A stretch of DNA of 64,000 nt from positions 95,482,001 to 95,546,000 of the forward strand of contig NC_087436.1 of NCBI RefSeq assembly GCF_036321535.1. Reading direction: 5' to 3'. Positions 36,580-49,630 of the stretch are shown one piece after another. This DNA comes from Camelus dromedarius. Lineage: Eukaryota. A program made the translations under genes and the position numbers. Below the pieces are notes generated by a model. It saw only the letters and a list, made by a program, of their open reading frames with translations, made no database searches and was not told the origin of the DNA. Each line of letters starts with the position of its first letter. The stretch's first letter is position 1.

Positions 36580-37041
36580 CGGTAGTAGTTTCTAGAGCTG
36601 TTACCACAAAGTACTGCAAACTGGCTTACCAGTTTTTTAAACCAGAAATTCATTGCCTCCTAGTAGTGGAGGTTAGAAGTTCAAAATCAAGGTGTCAGCA
36701 GGGCTGTGCTCCCTCTGAAAACTATGTAGGAATCTGCCTTTGCCGCATTATGGCTTCTGGTGACCTGCTGGCAATCTTTGGTATTTCTTGGTTTGATGCT
36801 ACATAACTCCAGTCTCTGCCTCTGTAGCCACATGGCGTTCTATCTGTGTGTCTTCACAGGACCATCATCTTATAAGGTCACCAATCATACTGGATTAGGG
36901 GTCCATCCTGCTGTAGTATGACATCATTTGAACTAACTGCATCTGCAATGACCCTGTTTCCAAATCAGATCACATTTTGTGGTACCAGGGGTAAGGACTT
37001 CAACATCTCTTCATTGAGATTCCACAATTCAACCCATAACA
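36580..37041 (-). mobile_element. MaLR solo LTR, MLT1C-like
   Basis: AATCAAGGTGTCAGCAGGGCTGTGCTCCCTCTGAA...GGCAATCTTTGG...CATCTGCAATGACCCTGTTTCCAAAT...CACAATTCAACCCATAACA. Confidence 0.88.
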
Positions 37042-37059
37042 GTAGGTATTTAAGAGTCA

Positions 37060-37772
37060 AAATGAGACAACCAGTAAGATGGCTTTTATCAAAAAAACAG
37101 AAAATGACAGATGTTGGTGAGAATGTGAAGAAATTGGAACCCTTGTGTACCACTGGTGAGAATGTAAGATAATGTAGCCACTATGAAAAATGATATGATA
37201 TTTCCTCAAAAAATTAAATGTGGAATTACCATAGAAAATGATTCCATCTTTGGGTGTATATCCAAAAGAATCAAAAACAGGGACTCAAATATTTGTTCCC
37301 ACATGTTCATAGCAGTATTATTCACAATAGCCAAAAGGTGAAACAACACAAAAGTCCATTGATAGATGAACAGATAAACAAAATGTGGTATATATACACA
37401 ATATAATACTGTCCACTTGTGAAGAAAATTCTGACACATGCTACAACGTGGGGATTAAGGACACCATGCTGAGTAAAATAAGCCAGCCCCAAAAGCACAA
37501 ATAGTGTACGATTCCATTTATGTGAGTATCTATCTAGAGTAGTCAAATTCATAGAGACAGAAAGTAGAATGGTGGCTGCCAGGGACCAGAGGGAGGGGGA
37601 ATGGAGAGTTATTGTTTACTGGGTACAGAGTTTCAGTTAGGGAAGAGGAAAAAATTCTGGAGATGGTTGGTGGTGATGGTTATGCAACCATGTGACTGTA
37701 TTTACACCACCAAACAGTACACTTAAAAGTGGTAAACTTTATGTTACATATTTTTACCACAATAAAAAAAAA
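37060..37772 (+). mobile_element. L1MB-type 3' end
   Basis: GATGTTGGTGAGAATGTGAAGAAATTGGAACCC...AGTCAAATTCATAGAGACAGAAAGTAGAATGGTGG...TTTTACCACAATAAAAAAA. Confidence 0.88.
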
Positions 37773-38154
37773 TGAGGATTTGATAAAGGGATTTTTGAGG
37801 GCAAAGAGTAAGGAATTAGGAGAAACCCATGAAAGTGCTCTTAAGAAGTAAATGAAAGTGTAGCTAAATTGGAGAGCTAAATAATAGTATGTTACTATAG
37901 TTTGGAGCTTAAGTGTTTTCAGAGGTCTTTTCCACACATTGACTCATTATATTTCCACACTATAAAGGAAATAGTCTTTATAAAGTATGCATTCCACACT
38001 ACGTTATGCACATATGGGGGCCTTAAACGCTCTGATTGGAAGTTGAACTACATACAGAACTTTGAAGGTCCCTTCTGATCCTTAGAGATAGTATCATTTT
38101 AGGTAATTTACCCAGAGGAGTAAATATTGGGCAAAACTGGGTCATTTGTGATTA

Positions 38155-38310
38155 ATGGAAAGAGCCCAGGACTCCCATCAGAGTTCTGGGTTGGGTCCGG
38201 ATAGCTGCTTCTCTGCTGTTAATAACTTTGGGTTTTTCATCTGTAAAAGTGGGTTAATAATTCTTCCTGGTTATTGTGGGGATGCAGTGATATATGATAT
38301 ATAAAAGACC
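38155..38310 (+). mobile_element. MIR SINE
   Basis: TTTTCATCTGTAAAAGTGGGTTAATAAT...GGTTATTGTGGGGAT. Confidence 0.55.
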
Positions 38311-38599
38311 TTTTACTAATTCAGAGCTCTGTTTATTTGACCTAATTTGAGACTATTCATAATTCACCTTAAAGGGTCAGGATACTTAGTAATATGTAGC
38401 AAGGACACTAATCTATTTTTATTTAGTGGTTTAAAGGTAAAATATGTATAAACTATATGAGAGTATAGGCAATGCCTAGCTCTCCACCCAGAACCCAAAT
38501 CTCACATTTGGATGTTGAGATATTCTGACAGGTCTCTGGCTCTTTCTTGTACGCCTTGGCCCAATAATACATTTTTGTTTTGCAACAACAACACAAAGA

Positions 38600-38918
38600 A
38601 CTTGTTTTTTTCTGAACCAATTGAAAGTGAGCTGCCAACATAATGCGCCACCACCTTTGATATCTGAGTGCAATTTTCTTCTAAACAAAGACATGAGTCA
38701 CAACATACAAATCAGAATATTAACACTGGCACATCACCACCATCTAATCCTTAGACCCACTCTAGTTCCACCAATTATCTCAATAACATCCTGTATAGCA
38801 AAAGGATCTGATTCACGATCACATGATATGTTGAATTGTCATGTCTCTTCTGTCATCTTCAATTGAAAACAAGTTCCTTAGTCTTTCCTTAACTTTCATG
38901 ACCTTAACACTGTTAAGC
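38600..38918 (-). mobile_element. L1MC4/5-like 3' region
   Basis: TGAACCAATTGAAAGTGAGCTGC...AAATCAGAATATTAACACTG...TTGTCATGTCTCTT...TTTCATGACCTTAACA. Confidence 0.65.
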
Positions 38919-38924
38919 AATGGC

Positions 38925-39114
38925 TCTTGGCCCAGCCTGGTCATACAGTTTTGGAAATAATATTTTATTGGAACACAGTCACTTATGTTCATTTACATAT
39001 TTTCTATGGCTGCTTTGGGGCTACAATAGCAGAGTTGGGACAGAGACCACATGGCCTGCAAAACCTAAAATATTGACTACCAGGCGCTTTACAGAAAATC
39101 TTTTTTGACTCCTG
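38925..39114 (-). mobile_element. MER58-type hAT MITE
   Basis: TTTTATTGGAACACAGTCAC...CTATGGCTGCTTT...CAGAGACCACATGGCCTGCAAAACCTAAAATATT...CTTTACAGAAAA. Confidence 0.8.
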
Positions 39115-39716
39115 TGCTAGATAGTACTAGAAGGCAAGAAAAAGAAATGAAAGGGATAAACATTGAAAAAGAAGAAAACTAGTTTTAACGTAGTTTGTTG
39201 CTCACCTAGAAAGTCCTAAGGAATTTATAGACTAACTAGCAGAACTGATAAGTGAATTTAGCAAATTTGCAAGTTGGTTACACAATTCAACCCATAACAA
39301 TATAAAAAAATCAGTTTTGTTTCTATGTAGTAGCAACAATCAGTAGAAATCGTTTAAAATTTTTTAACGTATTTTCAGAAAACATAACATATCTAGAAAC
39401 AAATTAATGAAATATGCATTAATAATAGTCATCATAAATTAATTCAGTCCCTCTACATTGAAAATGAAAAAATAGAGAGAAATACCATATTCACATACTT
39501 GAAGATTCCAAATTGATGAGATGTTAACAATCCCCAAATTGATTATAGATTCAGTGCCATCCCATGAAAATCCCAGCAGGATAGCTTTTAGAAATCAACA
39601 AGCTTATTCTAAAATTTATATAAAAATGCAAAGGATCTAGAGTTGCCAAAATGATCTTTAAAAAGAAAAACTAAGGTAGATGACTTATACCACATGTTTC
39701 CAAGACTGTGATTTCA

Positions 39717-40272
39717 GGATAGTAAGCAGCATATAAAATGGTCCCCAATGAGCCCCACTTCCTGACATTATCCTGGTGTGGTCCCTTCCCAGATGGTAGC
39801 AGGGTTGGTCTGTGTGGCCAAGAGTAGATGGCAGAAGCGATGGTATGTTGCTTCCTAGATTGAGTTATGAAAGACACTGTGATCTCTCTCTCTCCCTCTC
39901 TTCCTCTCTCTTATTCTGTCTTTGATCACTTGTTCTGAGAAAAGCCAGTCTCTCTGTCATGAATAGGGGGAGGCCCATATGATGAGGAACTGAAGCTCAT
40001 GGCCACCAGCCAGTCAGGAACTGAGGACTCTGTCGGCAGCCACATTAGTGAGCTTCGAAGCAGATTTTGCAGCCCAGCCTTCAAAAGACTGTAACCTGAG
40101 CCAATAGCCAATAGCTTGACTGCAACTTCAAGAGAGATCCTGAGGCAGAACCACTCAGTTTAGTTGCTCTCAGATTCCCGACCGCCAGAAACGATGTGAA
40201 ATAATAAGTGTTTGTTGTTTTACACTGCTAAATTTGGGGATAATTTGTTATGCAGCAATAGATGACAAAGAC
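39717..40272 (+). mobile_element. MaLR solo LTR, MLT1F-like
   Basis: ATGGTCCCCAATGAGCCCCACTTCCTG...GAGGAACTGA...AGCTTGACTGCAAC...CTGCTAAATTTGGGGATAATTTGTTATGCAGCAATAGAT. Confidence 0.85.
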
Positions 40273-40519
40273 TTACTTTTAACTTATAGTGTAGTACTGA
40301 TATAAGGATTGACAAGTAGATCAATGGAGAACAGGAGAATCCAGAAACTGACCCACATTTACAACCAATTGACTTTTGATAAAGGGACCATTATAATTCA
40401 AGGAGGATAGTCTTTCTAAGAAATGGTGCTAGAAGACCCTTGTCATATCAGCCACTAAAAGTAATTCAAGATAGAATATAGAGAATATCTTAGGGTAAGG
40501 GTAGACAAAATTTCTTAGA

Positions 40520-41040
40520 CAGATGAATAGATGAATGGATAAAGATGTGGTATACATTAATTGGCCATGATAAGGAGGGAAATTCTGTCACTTGTGATAA
40601 TATGCGAAGTGAAATAAGTCAGAAAAAGACAAACACTGTATGATATCACTTATATGTGGAATTTTAAAAATCCAAATTCATAGAAACAGAGAGTAGAATA
40701 GTGGTTACCAGGAACTGGGGGGTGGGGAAGTGAGGAGATGTTGGTCCAAGGGTATAACCTTCCAGCTATAAGACGAATAAATTCTATGAGTGTAATGTAC
40801 AAGATGGTGATATTAGTTAGCAATATTTTATTATATCCTTGAAAATTGCTTAAAGAGTAGATCTTACATGTTCTCTTCACACACAAAAAAAAGAACCAGT
40901 AATTATATGAGGTGATGGAGGTGTTAACTAACCTTACTGTGATAATCACTTCAAAATGTATAAGTGTATCAAATTATCACATTGTATACCTTAAACTTAC
41001 ACCATATTACATCAATTATATCTCAGTAAAGCTTGGGGCG
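40520..41040 (+). mobile_element. L1MA9-like 3' end
   Basis: AAGTGAAATAAGTCAG...CATAGAAACAGAGAGTAGAATAGTGGTTACCAGG...GAGTAGATCTTA...TGAGGTGATGGAGGTGTTAA...CAATTATATCTCAGTAAAGCT. Confidence 0.85.
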
Positions 41041-42876
41041 GGGGAGGAACCACATATGTCCACAAAAAGACTTGTTTAAGAATATTTACAACAACTCTGT
41101 CATAATGGCCAAAACTTCAACAACTGAATGGATAAACCAAAGTCCAGTATACTCACACAAAGAAATACTACTCAGCAGTAAAAACAAACACACCACTGAT
41201 ACATACAACAAAAAAGGATGAATTTCAAAACCATTATGTTGCATCAAAGAAGTTAGACATAAAGAGTACACACAGTATAATTCCATGTATATGAAGACCT
41301 GCGGGTAAAACTAAGCTACGATGATGGAGATCAGAACACAATTGCCTCTAGATGGGGAAAAATTGATGAAAGGGGACGCAAGAAAAACTTCCCCGGGGAT
41401 AAAAATATTCTATATGTTAATAAGAGTGCATATGTTGGTCAAAAACTCATTCAACTGTATACTTAGAATCTGAGCATTTTATTGCATGTAAGTAACCGTG
41501 TAATACAGAAAATGAATCTGAATGCTTTGATAAGGCATGCACTTTCTAGGTCCTGCCATTTATAGTGTTGCAAATATGTTAGTTGGTTTACAACAGTCCT
41601 AAGAGAGACCTAGAAATCAGAGAGAAGTGTAGAAGAGATTCTTAAGAAGAGAAGGGTGGAGAAGGGAACCACTCAAATGGAAAAGAAACACAAATGAAAG
41701 AAGAGGCTGAATATTCACTTGACATTGGATCTTATCTTACATTGGGCTATTTTCCCCTTTTCCAAACTCTTTTTTTTAAGGTGAGATTTCAGACTCTCCA
41801 AGGGTAGTGATCCATCTTACAAGCTTTGCATTTCCCATAGCTCTAGCACTCTCTTATGCAGACAGAATTTGGTAAATATTGGACAGGGTGGTGTGGAGGG
41901 GATCGCTGTGATTTAGAATATTTTTCAGTGGGGTTTTACATGTCTTTCCTGGAGTGACTGACTACAAGTCACATGAGAACCAAGACTGTTCTGTATTTCC
42001 CAGTCTGGCACAGTGTCTGGCACACGGAATAATATATTTTCATTGACTAACTGAAGTGTACACTAGAGAGCAAAGTAAATGAGGTACTCTCAAAGCCCTA
42101 TTGTCTCTCCCCTTCACCACCCCCGTAATCTCCCAGCGGTGGAAATCTTTAAATACGCTTTTTGTTGTTTTACAGCCGTTTGCATTTAAATTGGGCGTGT
42201 CGCTATCACATTTTATTAGCCATTCCTCATACCAGCCCTGTGAGGTTAGCGCTGTTATCTGCCTGTTACAGGCGGGGGCACTGAGAGGTGAAGCCCCTGG
42301 CCCGGTGGGGAATCCACAATGAGCTGCTGGAAGGAGTGGGATTCAAGTGCTCGGGTTCCCCTTTCCAGCCAACTTCACTGGTCCGAAGAGCTGTGTGCTT
42401 TCCATCAAGATAATGAAATGTGGATTTTCTAACCTAGACTTTGAAAAACATTTATTCCAGAAAAAAGAGTTAGGGTTGTAATTCTTTGGCCGATTCTTTT
42501 TCCTGAGAAGGTTTTTTTTTAGCTACTTGATGGGGCTGCCTAGACCCAAGGTCTTTGAAATGACTCACTCTCTGCAGAGGTCCAGCACTGTTAGCTCCTG
42601 CTCAGATACATCCCCTCCTCGAAGCCCCTCTCCCTTCAGCAGCCCCCCAGTAGAGCCCACCCACACAACAGAACCTTAAATAATATTTTAATTGGAGAAA
42701 AATAATTTTATAAATTTGGAAGGTTTTTAGGGATTATCTATTTAGGAAAAAATTAATGTGGTTCATGAACTTTGGTAAATGTAAAATGGATATAAAATTA
42801 TGGGTAAGAATGGATATAACCTTTTTTTCCTGAGAAGTTCAAGTTTTCAGGTAGTTCTTAAAAATGGCCCTGTCCC

Positions 42877-43148
42877 TAGAAAACAAACTCATGGTTACCA
42901 AAGGGTAAAGGGGATGGGAAAGGGATAAATTAGGAGTTTGGGATTAGCAGATACAAACTACGAATATGTAAAATAAACAACAAAGCCTTACTATATAGCA
43001 CAGGGGACTATATTCAATATCCTGTAATAAACCATAACAGGAAAGAATATGAAAAATCATATGTCTATATGTATAACTGAATCACTTTGCTGTACCCCAG
43101 AAACTAACACAATATTGAAAATCAACTATATGTCCAAAAAAAAAAAAA
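42877..43148 (+). mobile_element. Artiodactyl L1 3' end with poly-A
   Basis: GAAAACAAACTCATGGTTACCAAAGGG...GGAGTTTGGGATTAGCAGATACAAACTA...TATAACTGAATCACTTTGCTGTAC; degenerate TSD AAAATGGCCCTGTCC / AAAGTAGTCATGTCC. Confidence 0.9.
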
Positions 43149-43597
43149 GTAGTCATGTCCTTAAGACATGGGAAAACTGAAGCTCAGTGAGAGTTAGAGA
43201 ACTTGCTTGAAGTGTCACACAGCCACTGTGCAGGATCCAGAATCTCAGACCTCCGTTATGACAGCAAGACTGACTTATCTTGGTTCCTGGAACATGCATT
43301 TGGTTTGAAGAATTACACCCACAGGCTCTTTGACTCATATACTTTGTTCCAAAGAATTGGTTTCCCCAAATGGTATCCTTTATCAAGATAAAACCACCAG
43401 TCTGGCCTTTCCTTCCTCTGCATAAATCGGCTGTTTTGGAGGACGCTCAGCGGAGGGAGCCCAGGCTTTCTGCGTCCTCTCCCTGAATGGCAGAGGGAGT
43501 GTCAGCAGTTCCCAGAATTCCCGGTTTTGATACCTCGGCCCAATGTGGTCCCCGCATCACTCACTAACTCCTTCTGGACACCGGATTCAATTAAGAC

Positions 43598-43783
43598 AAG
43601 TGGTTTTCAACCTTGGCTTCACTTTAGATGTTCCCTGGGGGAGCTTTTAAAAATCCCCATGCCCATGGCCAGGAGGCACCCTGGACTAATTAAATCTAAC
43701 CCTCCGAAGGAAGGACTCAGTCAAGAGCATTTTTTAAAGCTCTTCAAGCGATTGTAACATGCAGCCAAAGTTGAAAACCACTA
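43598..43783. mobile_element. MER5A-type hAT MITE
   Basis: 13-bp perfect terminal inverted repeats AGTGGTTTTCAAC (43599-43611) / GTTGAAAACCACT (43770-43782). Confidence 0.85.
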
Positions 43784-45544
43784 ACAGAAGCAAGAGGGGA
43801 AAAAATCCTATTGATTAGGTAACTATTATTTACCGGAGTTTTACATATGTTAGCCCTTTTTCTCCTCCCAGACTCAGAGAGGCTCCGTAACATTTCTAAA
43901 AATCAAACAGCTGAAAAGTGGCAAAGTGCAGCTGTAAATCCAGGTCATTGTAATTCCTGAGGCATGCTTTCGTCACAGGAACAGATGGTTTCCTGCAAGC
44001 TGTCTGTAAAACATAGATTTAGTGACGATTAAATGAGGTGACATCCATTAAGCACCTGGCACATAGTAGGTGGGCCTGAATAATCTCTATGTCTCCATTC
44101 ATTTGTCTAGAACGTTCCTCCTGGTCCTTGTTGTGACAGGACGCCATGACTTCAGGTCAGGGAATTTCAAGTTTACCCCAGTAGCTACGCAGTCATGTCT
44201 TCTTTATCCACTAACCGTGTTATATTGTCATCCCATTGTAAGAGATGTTAGGTTTACAGGAGCTTAAATTGATGGAATATATACCTGAAAATCTGTCCTT
44301 TTACCTATTGCAATCATGTTGTGGATGCTCTTAGCTTTATATATTTTAATGTTTTGTAGTCATTACTTCTCTGTCTTGTCATTATGGGGTGGGATGATTC
44401 CTCATGTAAATGATGGGAAAGTTGATATTGGCAGCATTGCCTGGCCATGCAGGTAAAAGCTGATATAACCAGATCATCCACACATCCATTACTGTCTTCC
44501 TAAGACTAGAGCAGGGGCTGGTGCCCTAGTAATTCTGAAGCTTTTCCCTTTCTTCCAGTCTATTTTTGAGATTTACAAATCATTAAAAAAAAATTTTCTG
44601 ACTTAGTGACATTCAGTCATAGAGAATGTGGATGGGGGCAGGAGCTTCAAGGTGAGATGCCTCCTTGGGGTGGGACCAGTGCCAGCATCTGCCAAGGAGG
44701 AGAGGCAGGAACTTTGTCCAGAACGCCTCTGTCTGCTGACAGGCACTAACAGTAATAATAGCTAACGTCGGTAGCAGTCACTTAGCCCAGGCACTGTCCG
44801 AGGAGCTCTGTGGTAAGTGAGACAGGCTGGATTACAACCCAGGCATTCTGACCCAAAGTCTGGTTTCTACCTCCATGTTATACTTCGGGAGGACCGGTGG
44901 ACCAGAGGGGCTCTCTCTGAGGGAGTCGGGGTCTGTGTCAACCTCAGAGGAAGAAGCAATGAGACATGGAGCTGGCCGTTACCATGCCCTTATCCTTCCT
45001 TTGTCCCCTTCTTCCTCCCAGTTACTGTCCACAAGCCTCCTTCTGAGAGAGAAGGAACCACAGGAATCAGAGATCACCTTCACTGAACGGAAGAGAGAGG
45101 AGGGACGGAATATCCATCTCTTCCTTTCGCTTTATTCTCTTTCTCATCAAGCCTGCACTGCGTGCCACCTGTGTGTCTGACATGGTTTATCCATTCCTTG
45201 TACCTGTGAACTCAGAGAAGTCTAGTCACTTGTCCAAGGTCCACTGCTCTCAAGGAGTGGGGACTGGATGTGAACCAAAACCTTATCAAACTGATGACAC
45301 ACAGTGCCAGGCCTCTCACTTTTAGAAATACCTGCTCGTCTTCAGGGATTTTTAATAGAGATTCTTGGTAGAGCATAATAATCCAAGTAAACCACAATTA
45401 AGTTCTCAACAGGGAAAGGAAAGTTGAGGCCCCTAGACCTGGAACGTTCCTTCCTGAGAAGCCTCACCGTGCATTGATTAGTTTCCATCAATGCTGATCT
45501 GGGTCCTTGTCTGAATATTGCACTAATATGTTTGGTCTTTTGTC

Positions 45545-45935
45545 TTGATGATGACAGCATTAGATGTTATTGAGAAGAAGCTCTCTGTATCAGTAGCTTA
45601 ACACCATCCACTTATAGTTCCCCTTTCCACAAGAAGCCAAGGCAATTCCAGGTCAGGGGGGGTTGGATGGGGTGGAGGCTCTGCTCAAACACAGACACAG
45701 ACTGACAAGGGGCTCTGTCTCAAGACAAGGATTCTGAGGATATCTCGTTCATTCATAGAGCTGGCAAAAGAGGAAACAGCAGGGAGGGATGCATGTAAAA
45801 GGCTTTTATGGGCCAGGCCTGGAAGTTCTGCTCATTGCAGCCACTCACGCTCCTTTAGGGGAGCTCAGTCCTATAGCTTAGAGCAAGGGAGTTTGGGAAA
45901 TGTGCCCAGGTGGGTACCCAAGGAGAAGAAATTGA
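45545..45935 (-). mobile_element. Old MaLR LTR (MLT1J/K-like)
   Basis: GGCTCTGCTC...TTTTATGGGCCAGGCCTGGAAGT...GCAAGGGAGTTTGGGAAATGTG...GGAGAAGAAATTGATTTT. Confidence 0.5.
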
Positions 45936-46239
45936 TTTTTTTTTCCTTTCCTTTTTTTTTTAATTTTTTGTTGTGGTGGTTTTGTTTTTGAAGCTTGTTG
46001 TTCTTGTTTCATGGCCAGTGGTTTGAAGGCTGAGTTGCCAATTGGAAAAAAGAATAAGAAGAATCTTCTGGAGTGATCCAGGTCCAGTGCTAATTCTAAG
46101 TGTGAAAATAGTAATAACTCATTTTGATCGAGTACTTGCTATGTACCAAACTGTACTAAGCCCTTTATCTACATGATTGTATTTAATCCCATAGCAGCCT
46201 TGCACATGAGTTTTAAAGTGTATCAACATTTAGTCACAG

Positions 46240-46742
46240 GGTGATACAGTTCTGCTCTTCTAAAGGTAATAAAGAGCTCATGTGCCCCAGTAGGTCCATT
46301 CTCAACCCTTCTTTCCCTTGTCAGGTGTCCCCGTGGTTAGTTTCCATGGATGACTCATGCAGGTTTTCTTGTCCTCTGGCTTCTGGTTGGATTTGGCCAG
46401 TGGGAGTCAGCAGCAGATCAGAGCTGGGTGCACTATTATGCCCTTGCTGCTCTGTGCTTTGGCGGTGGCTGTGCTCCTCTAGCAATGGCCACAGCCACTG
46501 TCCGGCAGCCACTCTCCCCTGGCTACGGATATCACCAGGTTCCCATAAGACATCTCTCTTCCTGCCCCTTTAGACCTGGAATCACCATGGTTTCCTGCCT
46601 TTGATAGTCCCCTAGTGCTTCATCAGCCCTTGATCAGTCCCTTAACCCTCCCCACATCCCTGTGAATAGTTTTTTCCATGAACCCTCTACTACTATCCCT
46701 TGGATAATGCCATCTCTTTCCTACTGGTTCCTGGCTGATTTG
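46240..46742 (+). mobile_element. ERVL LTR, LTR33-like
   Basis: TTGTCCTCTGGCTTCTGGTTGGATTTGGCCAGTGGGAG...CTGCCCCTTTAGACCT...CCTTAACCCT...TGCCATCTCTTTCCT. Confidence 0.7.
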
Positions 46743-46789
46743 ACTAGGACTTGAGAACTTTTTAAGAAAATCTTTATTTATTATAGGAT

Positions 46790-46990
46790 CGCTTCGGAGT
46801 CAGGAAGACCTGGTTATGAAGGCTAGTTTGACCGTTTACTAGTTGTGTGATCTTGAGCAAGTTAACCTTTCTGAACTGTAGTTTGCTTATCCACAAAACA
46901 GAAGATACTGGATTTGGGAGCATTAAAAGAATTAACATATGCAAACTACCTAGCCCAGTGTTTTGCACATAACAGGTGATTAAGAGAATT
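46790..46990 (+). mobile_element. MIR SINE
   Basis: GGAGTCAGGAAGACCTGG...TTACTAGTTGTGTGATCTTGAGCAAGTTAACCTTTCTGAAC. Confidence 0.7.
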
Positions 46991-47059
46991 AGAAATGGGA
47001 AATGATGTCATAGAAATATGTCAAAATCAATTATTAAATTAATTTAAATTAATCTACAT

Positions 47060-47880
47060 ATTGCCTACTAAACTAAGACATTTTTAAAAAGGTGATCATT
47101 CCCAGTATTGACAGTGATGGGGAAAGGTATGTATTGCAAGTGATAGTGTAAAATTTGACAAAACCCTTATGAAGAGCATTTTATCTATAGGTATATAAAG
47201 CTTAAAAAAAATACATTCTTTTTGATCCAGCAATTCACATCAATTTTTGGAATTTATCCAAAGGAAATAATCCTAAGGAAAAAAATCAGACAAAGATGCA
47301 TCTACAAACATGTTCACAGTATCATTGTTTACAACAGTTAAAAATTGGAAATACAAATGTTCAACAGTAAGGATTAGATTAAATAAATTTTGAAACACTT
47401 GTACAGTGACAAGAAGATGAATATAGAAAAATGAGAATAGCACACTGGAAGGAAAAGAGTCAGTCACAAAAGAGTGTTTATAGCCTTATTCCCTATTTTC
47501 GTAAAACCATAAAAAGAGAAAAAACTGAAGGCCTATATATTTAAATAGTAATTTTGGTTATTTCTGGATGGTAGAATTTTTTTAATTGAAGCACAGTCAG
47601 TTTACAATGTTGTGTTAGTTTCTAGGGTACAGCATAGTGATTCAGTTATATATATATACACATATACACACATACTCCATTTCATACTTTTTCATTATAG
47701 GCTATTACAAGATATTGAATACAGTTCCCTGTGCTATAAGGTAGGACCTTGTTGTTTATCTATTTAATATATAATAGTTAGTATCTGCAAATCCCAAACC
47801 TGGATGGTAGGATTATAGGTAATGTTTTTCTTTTTTTCCTGTATTTTCTAACTTTTCTACAATGCACATTATATAGAATA
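47060..47880 (+). mobile_element. L1ME-type 3' region (old), interrupted by a young L1
   Basis: TTTGATCCAGCAATTC...GGAATTTATCC...ATGTTCACAGTATCATTGTTTA...TAGATTAAATAAATT. Confidence 0.65.
47579..47799 (-). mobile_element. Camelid-type L1 3' end with TSD
   Basis: TTAATTGAAGCACAGTCAGTTTACAATGTTGTGTTAGTTTCT...CAGTTCCCTGTGCTATA; TSD CTGGATGGTAGAATT (47564-47578) / CTGGATGGTAGGATT (47800-47814). Confidence 0.92.
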
Positions 47881-47881
47881 T

Positions 47882-48200
47882 TGTGTAGCTAGGATTGTAA
47901 CAAAAATCCAAACTACTGTGTCTCAGCAGCTCAACCAGTCTAGGACTGATGTCTGAAATTTCCATGACTTTCCCTTTATGGCCTTAACTTGGGGCCACTG
48001 CCCCTCCAGTCATCACATGTGCATTTAGAGTAGTAAGGGGGACCAGAAGGACCAGCGCCTGTCTTAGGAAAACAAGAGTGTTCCCAGGAACTCCACGATA
48101 GGCTTGTACCTAATTGGCCAGATTTGTGTCACATGACCACCCCTAACTGGAAAGTAGAAGAGAGAAGGGGGTTGGGAAATGGGGGTGAGTCAGCCCCTTT
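47882..48200 (-). mobile_element. Old MaLR LTR (MLT1K/L-like)
   Basis: CTCCAGTCATCACAT...TTCCCAGGAACTCC...ATTGGCCAGATTTGTGTCACATGACCACCCCTAACTG. Confidence 0.5.
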
Positions 48201-48674
48201 AAAATGTCTGCCACAAACACATACTGCTTTTGTAATAAAAAATGAAAGTTACTAAAAGTTTCAGACAAGTTATTTCTTTTCCTCTTGATGACTTTAACGC
48301 CTCCGTCCCTCTGCCACCCTCCCATTCACTCCAGCCGCAACAGCAAGCAAATTCATGTTCACTGAGCCAAGAGGGTGAGGAAGAATGAAGAAACTTGAGC
48401 CGAGGCTGCACCCTCCTAGGGGGTGGGAGTGGAGAGATGGGCAGAGCGCCAGGGGCCGGGGAGATCAGCCTGCTGCTTGCTCAGCCAACCTCATCGAAGT
48501 CTCTCTGGCTGAGGCTGTGGCTCCACAAAGCTTATCAACAGAGACATTTACAGCTTCAAGACTTCTGGCTCTGCTGTTGTTTTATAGTGTGCAGAGCTGG
48601 CCCTGGTATTTCATCCAGCTTGCTGTGGTCTCAGCAGGGTTTCCCAAATAAAGAAAGTGGCCATGACACCTCCT

Positions 48675-48905
48675 GAGGGAATGGACTAGATTGCCTGGGT
48701 TCAGGTGCTGGCTGTGCCGCTTACCTGTGTTATGTGATCTTGGACCAGTTATTTAAGCAATCTGCTTCTGCTTCTTCAACTGTAAAATGGGAATAATAAT
48801 AGTATACATTTCATAGGGCTGTTATGAAAGATTCAATGAGTCAGTGTTTGTCAAGTGCTTAGAATGTACCTGTCACATGGTAAGTGCTAGGTAAGTATTT
48901 GTTTA
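48675..48905 (+). mobile_element. MIR SINE (near full length)
   Basis: CTAGATTGCCTGGGTTCA...CTGTAAAATGGGAATAATAATAGTA...CATAGGGCTGTTATGA...GTGCTTAGAA. Confidence 0.85.
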
Positions 48906-49099
48906 AAAAATGAGAAGGGCAGAAACAGCCATTGCTGTCTGGTCCCTATTCGATTGTGGTCACATCTTATTTGATATAAATCTGAAATATCTAAAGCTGA
49001 ATTTTCTTTTGTTCCCTGCCAGCTGCCCCACGTGGTCTCGGTGGAGGGGAAAGAAGGAGAACCCCCAGGAAGCTAAGAGACATGAAACGTCTACTGGGT

Positions 49100-49250
49100 G
49101 GTGTAGCAAGCAGCTCATTTAAATCTTACAAGGCAGGCATATACTGCCCTCCTTTTGCAGAGGGAGAAACTGAGACTCAGGAGGGTGAAGTAATTAGGCC
49201 ACAGCCACCTGCCTATGAGTGGTAGAGCTGGGATTCAACCCCAGGGACCT
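49100..49250 (-). mobile_element. MIR SINE
   Basis: TTTTGCAGAGGGAGAAACTGAGACTCAG...GTGGTAGAGCTGGGATTCAACCCCAGG. Confidence 0.75.
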
Positions 49251-49574
49251 TGCTCATTCCATGGTAAGAATGATATTTACACAGTAGAACTTTCCTGTAC
49301 AAGATCCTAAAAGGTAAACATATATAACATACATATCGCTAGTTGACAGACATTTAAGGAGTTTTTACTTTAAAATCCCCATAACAAATCCTTCTGTAAA
49401 ATGCATAATTCTCTATATTTAATTTGGCAAATTCAAATGTTCACCCATTGTGTTTTCTTAGAATATATACTGCATCTCTACTGTTCAAAAAATAAACTCC
49501 AAGCCTCAAACTTAGCTAAAATTCTTTTGGGGGGAGGGAGGGAGTGGTATTGAGCATTTGGGGTTATTTGGTTG

Positions 49575-49630
49575 TTTTTTTTTTTTTTTTTTTTTTTTTG
49601 CCTTTTTGTTTGTTTGGTTTTTTTTGGTTT
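49575..49630. repeat. T25 homopolymer and T-rich tail
   Basis: Read directly from sequence. Confidence 0.9.

Larger units (their letters stand above)
39130..41510 (+). mobile_element. Fragmented old L1 (ORF2 and L1ME-type 3' end), interrupted by MLT1F and an L1MA9-like 3' end
   Basis: ACTAGCAGAACTGATAAGTGAATTTAGCAA...CCCAAATTGATTATAGATTCAGTGC...ATTCTAAAATTTATAT...; CCAGAAACTGACCCACA; CACAAAAAGACTTGT...TGGTCAAAAACTCAT. Confidence 0.75.
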
